From positions 8,370,001 through 8,434,000 of the forward strand of contig JBHGNT010000005.1 in NCBI GenBank assembly GCA_043228905.1: a DNA stretch of 64,000 bases. Reading direction: 5' to 3'. Both the position numbers and the translations under genes were made by a program. How positions within the stretch are numbered: the first letter of the stretch is position 1; each line of letters begins with the position of its first letter. The stretch is from Azolla caroliniana (Eukaryota; Plantae; Polypodiophyta). Of the stretch, positions 48,901 to 62,294 are shown one piece after another. The notes beneath the pieces were generated by a model. It was not told where the DNA came from. It did no database searches and worked only from the letters and a program-made list of their open reading frames with translations.

Positions 48901-51664
48901 CAACATCCATCACTGATATCCCCCAAGGTGTGGCACTCCCATCAGTATTTGCTTAAATACTATTTAGATTTTAATCCCGTAATTATAAAAACCCTTGCAG
49001 GACATTCCCAAGAACAGAATCACCAAGATTAATTCTTTATGATAACGAACAAATGCTAACAGGCTGTATTCTGATTTCTGTACTTGTCTCCAATTATTTG
49101 ATCCCTGAACTCTTTGTGGGCATGTATACATGGTGTGTTCATGCATATGGTCTGTTTGTCTTTCCATGTCAGAGTGGCTCATGGCTTCATCATGAGGTGG
49201 CTAGGGGAGGTGGAGAAAAATGAAATGGAGATCTTGGCTAGTACTGTATAGATTATAAAGGTTTCTTTGGGATTGATGTTATATATTACGTAGAATCTCC
49301 TAGAAATGGACCATTAATGTATTGGAGAAGACTTCAGCATGAAATATATATGAATGAAGAGCATTAGTTATTCATGGTGATGTGTTTGGGGATTGAGATA
49401 TAAGTATATGTTTTATATAATCTCTGCGCTTAGCAGAGTTTGGATGATTCTGCAGTCACATATATAACATACTTACTAACATGGGACCAAATTACCCAAT
49501 CAGTGGCCACTCAGTTCATTATTTGTGAGGTCTGTATACTGGAGTAGAGTTGATACCCATTATCAAAATACCAGATTGGAACTTACAGGCACAGATGACT
49601 TTTTATCATTTGCTCATCATGGGTCTGCATCATTATTAGGATATGCATGAATTTATGTGGGCAACATGATTCTCTAAGAAGACATAACAGTCTCATAGTG
49701 CAGCTTTGGTGGATAGAGGGAGAGAGTAGTCTTAAGGCATATTAGTTGCTCTGCTTAGGACCGAGGAAATCACCGAGGAAATCATAAGTCCCAATTCTTT
49801 GCTCGTCTGTATTGCTTTTAGAAACATTCATTCATAGTTATTGTTTAGTAATGAAGTATTTCTCTGCAAGAGTGAGATTGAAATCATTTGAGGTTATATA
49901 TATAAAAGTTTTTGATTGAGATATAATGATATTTTTGAGCATGAAAGTTGTTCAAGTATTAGGTGAAAATTCTTATTCTGAAGTCATTTTTTATTTTTCA
50001 GCAACAGAACATGTCCTACATGCCGTGTATTTCAGGTTACTTACGAGACTTTTGATGTTAACTCTTCTTGAGTGTATTTTGTGTAAAGTATCTGTTATTC
50101 TGTTAACTTATTAATGCTATGACACTCCGCAGCCTCCACGCTCAAAGCATTGCCATGATTGTAACAAATGTGTCCTACGGTTCGATCATTATTGTGCTTG
50201 GCTTGGCACTTGTATAGGATATGGGAACCATTGCAGGTTTTGGTAAGCATGGCAACTGTCTGGAAAAATGTAGTTGGCTACTGTATTTATTATCATTATT
50301 AGCGTAGTATTAATGGCTCATTTTATGATTGTTAAAACATACTATAATTTTGTCAAAGAACCTTGACATGTTGAGAATTGTAAGGACAATTGTACCACCA
50401 CCACCACAGAATGTTAATGTCTTTATAGCGAGTTCAGGCTTCTAGTGAAGATAAGAAATGTAATATACCTCTGGCCAATAACAGATTCACCATTTTGGTT
50501 TTCCCATATGTTGAGGATAAGTTTCATCAGACTGAAATAATTTCAGAACCAAATAGGTATTCTAATTTTTGTTTTGGTTTACCTTAGAATACACAATTCT
50601 GATCAATCTAACTGCTGAAACACTAAGTAAGGGGATGACTCGTTTGCTTAATATGGGCCTGAATAAAATTGTTTATTGAAATGATTCTCCATTTGTTTGT
50701 TGAAATTTGTGATGGGGGGGTGTAAAAGGCCTATGAACTTTCTATCCTTTTACCTTTTATTAACTTGGTATCGGATAACATATATTTGTCAAAAATGAGG
50801 AAACTGGTTTCTATTCTAGTAATGGATGTGTATGCACACAATATATGGTGAAACCCTTTTATTTGGTGATCTATTGATTTGATAATTCTGTTATGATGTG
50901 TACACACCACAGGTGGTACATATTTGAGGAGGCAGCGCTCTGCCTATGGACGTGGGTCATCTATGCAATGTCTTTCAATAATACAAAGGGCTCGAGCTCA
51001 TCATGGTATGATTATTCTGCTGTCCATGTTAAAAATAATATATGTGAAAGGTTTTATATTGAAATAATAATTTATTCGTCTTCTTTTTTCTTTCTTTTCC
51101 CAGGTTGCACACGACGGTTGTTGTTATCATACTCATTATACTTACAGCTGCATTCTCATTTTTGTTGTTGCTTCTTGTGTTTCATAGGTAAGGTGGTTAC
51201 AAAGTTTTAAAATGTTCTATTTGACAATCTTTAGGGGTAGGCCATTCTTCTTTCCTGTAGGCTTGTTCCTTTGAATTAAAAAGGGAAAATAAATAAAAAA
51301 CACCGTTTGAAACATTTTGCAGCTACTTGGTATTAACAAATCAAACAACTCATGAGTTGATAAGGAGAAAGCGCATTCTGGAATTCAGGTTCTTACATGT
51401 TATATGACGTGTGTGCTGCATGTTTTATTTTTTCAGTATTGAGTTTAATCATGATTTCTAATTGATTTGATGTTTTATTTTCATATTTCCAGGAATATAC
51501 CAGAAAATGTGAGACCTTACAGTCAAGGTTGTATTAGAAATTTGTATTCTTTTTGCTGTGCTCCTCGAGGACTCTATGCCATTGAGAAAATGCCAAGTCT
51601 CAACATCTTAGAAAAACGAGCGAATCAATCTCTATTGGATACTCTCTATTTTAACTGCTGTTGA
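45943..51664 (+). CDS. PAT10: DHHC-family protein S-acyltransferase, PAT10-like, about 304 aa, 11 exons
   Basis: Exons 45943-45955, 46094-46208, 47441-47515, 47706-47780, 48317-48394, 50002-50035, 50133-50242, 50913-51005, 51104-51187, 51323-51388, 51493-51664 join in frame. [13 protein letters not shown]; [41 protein letters not shown]; [15 protein letters not shown]; C-terminal CC as in Arabidopsis PAT10. First exon least certain. Confidence 0.92.
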
Positions 51665-52899
51665 TTCTTCCTTACGATGTTTGTTATGCAATTCGTAGGC
51701 AAATTGATCGATTGTTTGGAAATGATTCTTTCACAAAGAGTGGGTGTATTGATAAGACTGGATATAATCTTGATTTAGAAATGATCCAGTCTTATTTTTG
51801 CCGAGGCTGAGGTAGTAAAAACACTAAAGCTATTGTGTAATACAAATTTGGAAGCTTCTATATAAATGGGTTAGAAGCTCATATATTATTTGATCCCGAT
51901 TCGTTACATGTATTGATTTGTCAGGTTTTTTTCTTTCAAATATTCGTTCTTAATTTCTCTTGGTTCATTTAACCCCCAAACACAAAATAAGCTTATGGCC
52001 ATTGCCTCATTGTTATATTTTTCTAGAAAATAAATGGTGGAAAAGACATGCTCACATATATATATGTATACATAGAGTAATTGGTCATCACTGATCACCA
52101 TCAATTCAAAGTAGCAATTTAACATCCTGAATGATGCAAAATGTTCACCATGGCTACACATAAGTACATGCAATCAGGATTATAGTAAAAACCACAAGTT
52201 AGGAAACAGTTGGTTCGTTTCTTTCATGGTTTCTAACTTGCATCCCAAAACTAGATAATGCAAAGTTTGTAATTTATGTGTCTTTATTTCCTGCGATCTC
52301 TAATATGGATACATTAATGTATTCATAAATGTGTTATGTGCATATTCAAGAATGATGATTTATTACTGATTCAGAAGATGATGAATGAATATTGAGGATC
52401 ATGTGACGTGTACAAATTGTGCAATGAATCATGACATTCCAAGATAGAAGAATGGATAATGTGGTATAAGACAAAGCATTGGAAGAACCCATGTTAACAT
52501 GAATTAAGAGAACAAACGCTAAGTGTCAAGAAAACCTATATAATAATCGTGTTATATTTCTTGGCATGTCTCTTTTTGTTACTCTCTCTCTCTCTCTCCC
52601 CCTCTCTCTTCTACCCCCCTTTGTGTGTGTGTAACGTCATAAAGAAATTACAACATAGAAAGTCCATGGGTCACACATGATTGTGAGTTGATCACATCAT
52701 ATATGCTTGAGAGTGCCTAGCCCCTTTTCTCACTTTACTCTTTAACCTTGCCCTTGAAGAGGGTTTTTCGCAATAGTGGACCATGAACACAATGACCCTT
52801 ATACATAAAGGAGGGGATGCCATGGCCCCGAATACATATAGTCCCGAATTATGCTTGCTATATGCCCTGAATACATAAAGGAGGGGATGCTCAATTGAC

Positions 52900-54450
52900 C
52901 AGACCAAGGCTCGGAAGAGGAAATAATATTGTTGTTTTCTAGACTTTCACAAAGCCTTCAACATAGTCCCTATAGAATGGTTGTTTGATCATCTTAAAAG
53001 TTTGGAGATACTAGATGACATGATTTGGGCCATCTATGCCTTCTATGCGCAAGTCTCCATACGCATACGATGTCCATGCAGTGTATCCAATTGCTTCACT
53101 AGCACCATTGGTGTAAAACAAGGTTGTTCCCTACCATTGATTCTTTTTGGGCTCTATATTGATAAGACTATTGATTTTATTAGTAGTAATGGAGGTAACG
53201 GAGGAGACTAGGGGGTATGCAAGTGAATATTTGGCTTTATGCAGATGATGTAGTTTTAATCGCTCAATCTGAACACGACCTACAAATGCACCTTAATGCC
53301 TTAGATGACTTTTACACAAAGAGGATTGATAGTGAGTCTAGGGAAAACTGAAGTCCTTATCTCCACACAATTTTTTAGGTTAGGACCAAATGTCACCTAA
53401 TGCTCTCTAATCGACAACTCGAGGTAGTCGGATCATATGTATATCTTGGAGTAACTTTTAAGGCTTGCTTTGGTAAATTTTCGATGACACAAGCAACAAA
53501 AGAGAGACTAACAAGAGGATATGCGTCCCTCTCTCCTATAGAGAAAATGCCACTAGCCATACTTCCAAGAGGCACAAACAAAGGGTTGGCTCTTTGACTC
53601 ATTAGTAAACCTTTCCTTCATGTATGAAGTGGTGGTTTGGGCTCCACGATTACCACCTTTTATATAGTCACAATTGGAGAAACCATTGGTCACGATGCTA
53701 TAATGACAAATCTAAAGCAAATTAACCATGCCACATAAAATCGTTAGAGAAGAGTTCACTTTACCCCCATGCTAGTAAAAGCACTTTTTCAACTAGTAGT
53801 TTTTATTTATAGGATATCAGGTCAATCTTTCAAGGCAATGTGTCAATCACTCTCTGCGTCTAGAGATACTAGCTCTTGGTATAGGATTGTGGTAAGTTGG
53901 CTTTTTGTAGACGGCTTAGAGATTAATAATCTACCTCCTCTTGGGTAGCACCATGAGATAGATATAACTTTAATCTCTCATGGGTACCATAATAAAGTGA
54001 TACACCAAGAAATATGACAATTTTATACTGAACATATATGGATCAACCCACTAGAATCACTCCCATCTAAAATGTTTTACTGCAAGGAACATTTCTCCAA
54101 TTTAGGTTTTATTATACAACCAAAACATATATACATATTATTCTTATCACATACACTAAGGGTTGCCATTGGATAACTTAGACGATCAAATTCACCAAGT
54201 TGAGATTGAAAATGGTCGTATAACAGGGTTAGTTCCTAGAGAGGAAATGATATGTGTAGATATTATGTCACATAGAGATAGAGGATGAGCACCATTTTAC
54301 ATGCAAATGTCCAACTTATGTCGCGATAAGAGGAAAATACCAAGACATACTTCACTCTCACCCACTCTCTTTCAATTATTGGATACCTAGGACATAAAGA
54401 CACTCGGTAAGTATATCTTAGAGCTAAAATGGCATAGAGAAAGTAAACTA
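52900..54450 (+). mobile_element. Decayed LINE ORF2 (RT and C-terminal zinc finger)
   Basis: CFLDFHKAFN, GVKQGCSL..LFGLYID, LYADDVVL, YVYLGV, EDEHHFTCKCPTY; many stops. Confidence 0.9.
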
Positions 54451-55079
54451 TTAAATGTTAACCTCAACTTTCTAATATTCACCAACACATAACCACTGAT
54501 TTTTTTGAGGGACCGGGAAGGATGATGAACATGGACACACTTGTATCACTTAGTCTCTCCCTTGCTAAAGTAAAAACCAAAGTGCAACCAAATGCCCTTG
54601 GACACAAGGCTTTAAAGTTACTCATTTTCGTATGGGAGACATTAAGAAGATAATGGAACGTGAGTTACCCCACCTAGAAGCTATGGTTAGGATAACATTA
54701 CATTGAGACCATGGGCCACACTTGCATCGAAACCCTTCAACGCAACCATAACTTTATAGAATATGCTACACCCAATAACATTTTTGCACCATTCTAAAAT
54801 TCTTTTATTTATGTTGACTTTGTTTTTATTTTCAATGATTGGGTACACATCCCATTATTGCAATCAATTGTCTCATGGGCCAAATTTGGTCTTAGAAGAC
54901 ATTAATATATTTTTCTTCCTTTCTTCCTTTCTCTCCCTCCCTTCCCCTCTCTTAGTCAAAGAATGCAATTATATTAACTGTAATAATGCCACTTATTATA
55001 ACTTCTTAGTCCTCTACCTACCTATGTCAAATATCCCCACATGCTCTAACATCCAAAAATTTCACATGAGAATGCCTTT

Positions 55080-55500
55080 GAACTTTTTCACATAGGCTTT
55101 CACCCCATGTTTACAATCAAATATGAAAGCATTATGCATGTTCTAATTGTGTTGCAGGCCTCAATATCATAAAAATTGGAACAATATCTCCATTTCATCA
55201 TTTGGGCCATTTTGAACACATTGAGCAAAAACCCATTATGGAGGTCTCAAATAACAACAGGTTAAAACTTGCCAAATATCCGATAATCACTTCCAAATGG
55301 TATGTACTATGCACAATAGGAAATTTAATGAACCTATGCATATTGTCCTCCAACGGATTGGTGCAAAAGAAGCATATGGGAGGGAGCCCACCAATAACAC
55401 AGTCGCGTTCAGAAGTGGAAGGATCACGCATTCCACTTTTAGATTCCTTTCACAATTGTGCAAATTTATGCAATATATAGAAACTTGTTACACCATTGTC
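55080..55500 (-). mobile_element. LINE zf-RVT relic (same family as 35880-36870)
   Basis: IGGLPPICFFCTNPLEDNMHRFIK; downstream NAF.FD motif. Confidence 0.65.
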
Positions 55501-56523
55501 ACATGTTCGTCAACCCATATAGAATTTGCTAAATTATTAATATTTAACAAGTTTCAAAGTAAAAAATATGTATTTTTTTGAACATTGTTAAAGTTGATGA
55601 TCTCCAAATATGAAACTTATTTAAAATTATATCATATGACAATTCTTTATTCAATTGACAATAGTTAAACTTTCAGACTGTATGATGCAATTTGCAAAGT
55701 TGGTTGAAATGTTGAGAAAATCATGATCTTCAGACATAAAATGTAGTTAAATTACAAATTATGAACATGGTCTATACAACAATTAATCTCCAGGTTTAAC
55801 CATCGTGTGGAGGGGTGTAGGGAGAAGAAATGGAAGTGATAGCTATAGTTAGTGATTATGTGTTATGCAAGTGATAGCTATAGTTAGTGATATGTGTTAT
55901 GCACTCTAATACTTAGTGAATGTTGCCTGATATACACACCCATGAGAGAGTTTCCCCAATACACACCTATGAGAGAGGACACCCATACACAAGTATCATA
56001 TAATGGATACACTTGGACACTCATTATGGTCACACCCAAAAGTAAGGTGGGTCCGAATTGTAGAACATATTCGATGATCAAAAGTGAAGCTTAGATTAAA
56101 ACGATTATAACAAGTATGTCGATTAAAACATGCAGCTTAGTAAAGCTTAGTAATGTTATAACGTCGATAACAACAACACAAATGTAACAATATAAACATC
56201 GGTAGACATATTTAAAGAAACAATATAAACATGGAATCAAACTTACTTTACGGAAAATAAAACTTTGATTACAATGTTTTTTATAAAATACAAAATTCAT
56301 TACATTGCTATATTAAGTTCATCATTCTCTTCGTCTTCCTTTTAAGAACCGTCCTTAGAATTCTGTGCATCGGCATCCACTCTAGTTGGACTGGCTACGG
56401 TGGGGTCCTCCAAAAGCGCATCATCTAGTTCTATAAGCTCCCCAAGTTTACCAATGAGAAAGTTAATGTGCGGAAGCTTAGACAAACCGGCTCAGCTGGA
56501 TGGCAACAAAAAAACAAAGCAAA

Positions 56524-58040
56524 GGTTGAATGGAAAGCTTAAATTACACACAGAGTACGCGGGAGAGACAGAGAGAGCAGGACAACATAAACTCAATTAA
56601 AAAATATCACTTTGTACATACAATGTGCTCAGTGAGCACTTTTATACAAGTCCTTAAAAGGATTGATAGAAGTACTGATATGTACTTCAATGCCCATACG
56701 GATGACTGGCACTAACTCCTAAAAATATGCCTACGTACTAGGTTAGGATCGTAGGCCTATAACGGCCTACCAGTTACACTCTGATCCGGCTCCCTATTCC
56801 GAACACCGATTTGGCTCTTGGTTCCAGATGCTGATCCAAACACTGATCCAGAAATCGATCTGGCTTTGGCTTACTCAACTCATCCGGATCTAGATGAGCT
56901 TGTCCGCTCAACACTCCCCCTCAAGCTCAACTTGAGGTCGGATCGTGGTGTTGGGTTTTACGGTCCTTCCCTCCGGCTCCTCCTGGCGTCCTCCCACCTT
57001 GTTCGCGCTCCTCGACCCATCCGGTCCCGCTTTCCACGACTTGTTCAGTTCCGAGCACCTCAACCCTCTCGGTCAGCTTGCCTACTCATAAGGCCCAAGT
57101 CAGCTCCCTGACAGCTATGACTTTGACGCTTTTCGACCCGTTGGCTCCTTCGTGTCGGTGTCAACTTCCGCTGCCTTCTTGTTCGCTTGGCCTTCAACTA
57201 ATATGGCTCCTCCAAATCAAACTATTGAACTGAATCAACGACCTCTGATTCGTTCCCACGCTTGTCCGAGTTGGCTGTCTCCAACTCATTCTCGATCTTC
57301 AGGCTCTTCACAACATCAGATCGTGTTCGAGTCCAAGTCTTGGTCTTCTTCCGGACTCCTCCTATTTCGGTTGTTTCCTTCTCTCCGGTTAATTGTCCGG
57401 TGCCTTTGCCTATTTTTCCGATTTCTATTCCGTTTTTCCCGTGCCAGTACTGGTTCTCCCCCTCAAGTGCGGCATGTCGAGATGTTGTAGCCCAAGCATC
57501 TTCGAAAATTGCTGCAACTTGTCCAATCCGAGTGGCTTGGTGAAGATGTCGACAACCTGCCGATCTGTGTGAACATACCGAAGTTTGACTTTACCGCTCA
57601 GGACCCGCTCACGCACAAAGTGATAATATACTTCTATATGCTTTGTGCGAGCATGGAAGACGGGCGAGTTGCATGCTACTCATGTTGTCGCAGTAGATCA
57701 GGATCGGAGTCGGTACTTCGACCGGGAGGTCTTGCAGCAGCCGCCGAAGCCAAATGGCTTCACAGGTGGTGATGATAGCGCCCCGATACTTAGCCTTAGT
57801 GCTCGACAGAGCCATTGTTGGCTACTTTTTGCGGCTCCACGCAACAACCACACTACCCAGAGAAAACATATAACTGGAAGTGGGCCGATGATCCAACGCG
57901 TCACCGGCCCAATCGGCGTTTGTATAACTGACTAGCTTTTCAGTTATACCATGTTGGTATAATAGTCCCCGGTCATTAGTGCCGCTAACATACCTTAGTA
58001 TTTGGTGCGCGCACTGAAGGTGCTCCACGGTCAGCTTCTA
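56524..58040 (-). mobile_element. Copia 3' end: RT/RNase H relic, long 3' region, PPT and LTR (about 56524-56913)
   Basis: ILRYVSGT...ADWAG...ALSSTKAKY...IYCDNMS...DIFTKPLG...HLRG. PPT TTGAGGGGGAG then TGTTGAG at 56913; TATAAAAAG box; LTR left end approximate. Confidence 0.88.
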
Positions 58041-58762
58041 CATAAAGTAACTCAAAACATATAACCTTCTCATAGATTCGGGAATTTGCAAGCATATATT
58101 CATTTGGCATCTCGAGTTCTTACATTCGCCTCGAAAGATGCTCATGAGGTACCATATCAAAAGCTTTCTTGAAGTCTATAAAGCAAGGATATACAACTTT
58201 ACCTCTCAAGCGACTTTCCTCCATTAATACTTGAAGAGTGACATGGCGATTAATGGTGCTATGGTGTTTTTGTAACCCAACTTGTCCATAAGCTCTCTTA
58301 CCATTTTTCTAGCCCCTGTACTTATCTTTGATTACATCATACCCCCATTATACATCTAAATAGTTTTGCCATTGGCGAGCCAACCATGCTCGTTCGATAC
58401 TTGTTTACATTATCTACATCTCCACCGTTATATAAAGGTTTGATGCAATTTGCAGTCTAATCGTAGGGCATACCATGTTGCAATGTATGATTAATCATAT
58501 CACTTATCCATGCATGTGCTTCTTTTCCCATCCATTCGAGAATTTCAACCTTTATACAATGAATATCACTTACTATTTGAGAGGTAAATTTCGTAAGTTC
58601 TATGCATATATCTTCAATTGTAAATGTTGTTGAGTAACTTCAAATATTCTTTTCTTTCTTTGAATAAAAATTTTGTACTCATGCAAATGCTCTTTATAAT
58701 TTCTTTATGCTTAACTACATCCAAAATCATAAGGCCCTTTCGAGCTTTATGGAATTCTTTAT
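58040..58762 (-). mobile_element. Decayed LINE RT fragment
   Basis: IKPLYNGGD...YRT...CFIDFKKAFDMVPHE on the minus strand. Confidence 0.8.
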
Positions 58763-58929
58763 TGTTGAGAATCAAATTCAACTTCCTGTGTGTGGGAACA
58801 CATTCTAGGTTACTCAAGTGTGTGAACACCCCACCTTCTTGAATAGTAACTAGTGTGTCATAGAAGTTAATGTTCTATGGCACATATGCTTTAAGTAGTT
58901 AAGACACGACCTCTTTCCCAAGAGGCGGT

Positions 58930-60199
58930 TGTCACATTCTAGACTCGAACCTTTGACTTTTAACACGTACATTGTGTTGTGTTAACCATACGGAAACTCT
59001 TGTGAACTTTCCACATTCGATTGTGAACTTGTATATATTGTAGGGTCTAGTGTATAGTACATTCGAGAATATTCTGGTCGTTAGTATATTCTAGAATTAT
59101 TCTGTTGGCGAGGACCGATTTCGATCGCTCACCTTCTAGTTTCGGTGGGGGTCACAACCGCTCACTTTCTTGGTGGGGATCACGTGGGTTTCTCGCTAGC
59201 GCTACCATTTGTGTTGTGTCTTGGGTCAACATCGACTATTTGCCCTCTCATAATAGAAGAAGTCGAGTCGACTACTTCACTTGCACTCCTTCGCCTGTTG
59301 TTGTTCCAGTTCTCGGTGAGGGCCGCATGGTCACCCACATCCGTTGGTGTTCTGTTCTCGGTGAGGTCCGCAATGTTACTCACTCCCGTTCGTGTTCTAG
59401 TTCTCGGTGAGGATCACACATGGTCGCTCACGCCTGTTGGTGGTTGTGTTCCAACTCTTGGCGAGGATCGACATGGTCGCTCATGCCCGTTGGTGTTCTT
59501 GCTCCCCATGACGACCGCACATGGTTGCTCATGCCCGTTGGTATTCGTGTTCCAGTTCTGGGCGAGGACCGCACATGGTCGCTCATGCCCGTTGGTGTTC
59601 AATACCTCGTCTTCTGGAAGGGTTACTCCTTGTCTAGGATTTACAAAATACTTTAGAGGTGGTCTAAGATTTTCATTAACAATATCCCCTTAAGCCAAGG
59701 ACCGGTTTGGGAAGGCAGTGTAAGAGGGGGAATAATGTCACATTCTAAACTCGAACCTCTGACTTTTAACACACACAATACATTGTGTTGTGTTAACCAT
59801 ATGGAAACTCTTGTGAACTGTTCACATTCGATTGTGAACTTGTATATATTGTAGAATCTAGTGTATAGTACATCTGAGAATATTTTAGTCGTTAGTATAT
59901 TCTAGAATTATTCTGTGGTATATTCTAAACGGGTATATTCTCGAGATATTTCTCGAGTATATTCTAGAGATATTCAATCTCAGAAATTGTATAAATACTT
60001 GTAACATCCTTGGTCCCTTTCAGGGGATTCAACACCAGTCATTGACACATCAATCTAGTATTATCGTTTCATGCCATATTGTCTCGTTCTTCATCTCTAT
60101 GTTCATGCTCTTGTGTCATTCCTAGCTTCTTAAGTTCCATGCTCATATAGCCCCAACATCCGTGCTCCGTCCGAGTCCTCGATTGGTGTGTCCATGACA
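58930..60199 (+). mobile_element. Short non-coding LTR element nested in the Copia LTR (partial 5' LTR 58930-59104, full 3' LTR 59736-60199)
   Basis: TGTCA...TGACA ends, about 175-bp direct repeat at 58930 and 59736, PPT AGAGGGGGAATAA before 59736, degenerate TSD GCGGT/ACGAT. Confidence 0.8.
59300..59600. repeat. GC-rich degenerate tandem repeats (GGCGAGGACCGCACATGGTCGCTCATGCCCGTTGGTGTTC), about 6 units
   Basis: Direct reading. Confidence 0.8.
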
Positions 60200-60330
60200 A
60201 CGATCATAGTGAGAGAACTTAGAGAGAAGGTGACTACATAAACACTTTCTCCTTCTCTTTGTAACTGTTGGTCATTCTTGTCTCCTTATTAATACAATTT
60301 TCTTCTTTTCTCTATAATATTAAGTTCTCT

Positions 60331-60379
<49 letters not shown>

Positions 60380-60711
60380 GTTCTTCCGCTGCACATAATT
60401 CATTCGATTCTTTACATGGTATCAGAGTGCGTGGTAGCTTGATTCAAGTCCATCGCCTTTATATGTGTTGTGCCCAAGCCCACGTTCGGAAAGAATCGAC
60501 TTATCGATGTATCAACAATTTGCACAGTTCGTATCAAAGAGAAGATTCGACAATGAACACTCAGATAGGAATAACTCTTCCTACCGAGAAGCTCGACAGA
60601 AACAACTTTGCATCTTGGGAGTATAAGATGCACCAATACCTTGTCGGCCAAGGCTATTGGAGTTATGTCAAAGGAGCAAATGAAAATCAACCCAACCCAA
60701 CACATGTCATC

Positions 60712-61311
60712 TGTTGGTAGACAGGTCCCTCCGGATGGGAAAGGAGAAGAACAGTGCCGACGAACAAACTTGGCCGAGGCCGACAGGCCGAGGCCGAAAC
60801 GGTATGGGGAGAACCCGACTTCGGAGAGTCGGATGGTGTAGGCCCGGTATGAACCGGATGAGGAGTACCCGACTGCAGAGAGTCGGATGGTGTAGGCCTG
60901 GTATGAACCGGATGAGGAGTACCCGACTGCGGAGAACCGGATGAAGCCCATCAAGGCTACATTTGTAAATAGCCGAAAAGTCATATTAGTATAAATATGA
61001 CTTAGGGCAAACTTTTAGTGTTGTTGTTATTATTATTCTTCCTTGTTGGTGCAAGAAGAAACTAGAGCGCATAACTGTACAGAGAGAGAGAGAGAGAGAC
61101 GAGGTCGTAGCCTCTGTTGTAACCGCCGCCTGTGGCGAAGACGAGCTTGTGGGCTGCCGTGGTTTTTCCCCTACTTTGGGGTTTTCCACGTATACCTCCT
61201 GTGCACCATTTCTCCTCTTTTGTGTCGCGTTTTATGACCTGTTTTTCTGTGTATGAAAAGAAGCTCGGTTGTGGCCGAGCGTCGGACATAAGGAACGTCG
61301 AGTTCTCAACA
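60712..61311 (+). mobile_element. Solo LTR (600 bp), TGTTGGTAGACAGG family, inserted in Copia gag
   Basis: TGTTG...CAACA, perfect TSD TCATC (60707-60711 / 61312-61316). Excision restores gag PTHVI-YLAWEQ. Confidence 0.95.
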
Positions 61312-62294
61312 TCATCTACCTAGCTTGGGAGCAAGCGGTGAGTCGTGTGTTGTATTGCCTTGCATCATGCGTCCATGATCACATGCTTGGCTATATCCGA
61401 GAGGCCAATCTTCATGTACGATGACTTTGATCGGACGATGGCAAAGAGTACTTCTCTGACGCCTGTACCGTATACCTTCGACAAGAAGTAATCTGGTGGG
61501 AGTTTACTTGCTAAAACACACCTCAGCAGAACGGAGTAGCCGAATGAAAGAACCGGCACATACTCGAAGTGGCAAGGGCAATGATGAACGAGAAACATCT
61601 GCCTATATCATATTGGGCTGAAGTGGTGAATATGGTCGACTATCTGATGAATCGCTGCACAACATTAGGAGTGCACGATATTACCCCCTGCGAAAAGTTC
61701 TATGGGAAGAAACTGGATCTATCCCACGTTAGGATATTCAGTTCAATAGCATATGTACATATTCTTGATGAGAAGGAATAGAAGCTCGATCCCAAGTTGG
61801 AGAAATGTATACTTGTAGGGTACCCATTCAAGCAAAAACGGTATAAGTGTTTCAACCCTTCCACCAAGAAGGTACTAGTGAGTTCAACACATATGCAGAG
61901 GAGGATGATCGACCGAGGCTCACATAAGAGGAAAGTCCAATCTCAACCAGGTTGAGTGGACCACAAGAGCCTCCAAGCGACCAAAGCACGTCACAGCCAA
62001 GTTTGAAGACGGATATCAAAGGTAAGGCCAAAATGCTTGAGTACGAAGACTCAGACGGAAATGAATCGATTCACTCACCCGAAAGTGAGTATGGTGGATT
62101 GGACGTTCCTAGTATGGGGACACTAGGGGCACCTCGTCGCTCCACCCGAGAGAAGAATGTAGTTAGCCGCTTTAGCTACAACGACTACATGACATATCAT
62201 TATGCATTCATGATGAAGATGGCGACAGTCCGAGAACCGGAAACCTTTTCTGAAGCCACGAAGAACCCCAAATGGGTCAAAGTGATGAATGAAG

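Larger units (their letters stand above)
58763..62294 (+). mobile_element. Copia element (TGTTGAGAAT family): interrupted 5' LTR 58763-60416, PBS, gag start, deleted interior, integrase, linker
   Basis: PBS TGGTATCAGAG 60417-60427 (tRNA-iMet type); gag LPTEKLDRNNFASWEYKMH; integrase SDDGKEY...TPQQNGVAE.KNRHILE; EPETFSEA, then cut by a younger element. Confidence 0.9.

Noticed and set aside
15268-51664. The four genes as a functional cluster (lipid export, GPI remodelling, S-acylation, flagellum)
   Set aside because: No shared pathway or shared regulatory motif is visible; spacing is ordinary for a plant gene island.
56310-56500. Acidic minus-strand peptide (ELIELDDALLEDP...) resembling a transposase tail
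   Set aside because: Short, contains a stop, and no TIR or catalytic motif.
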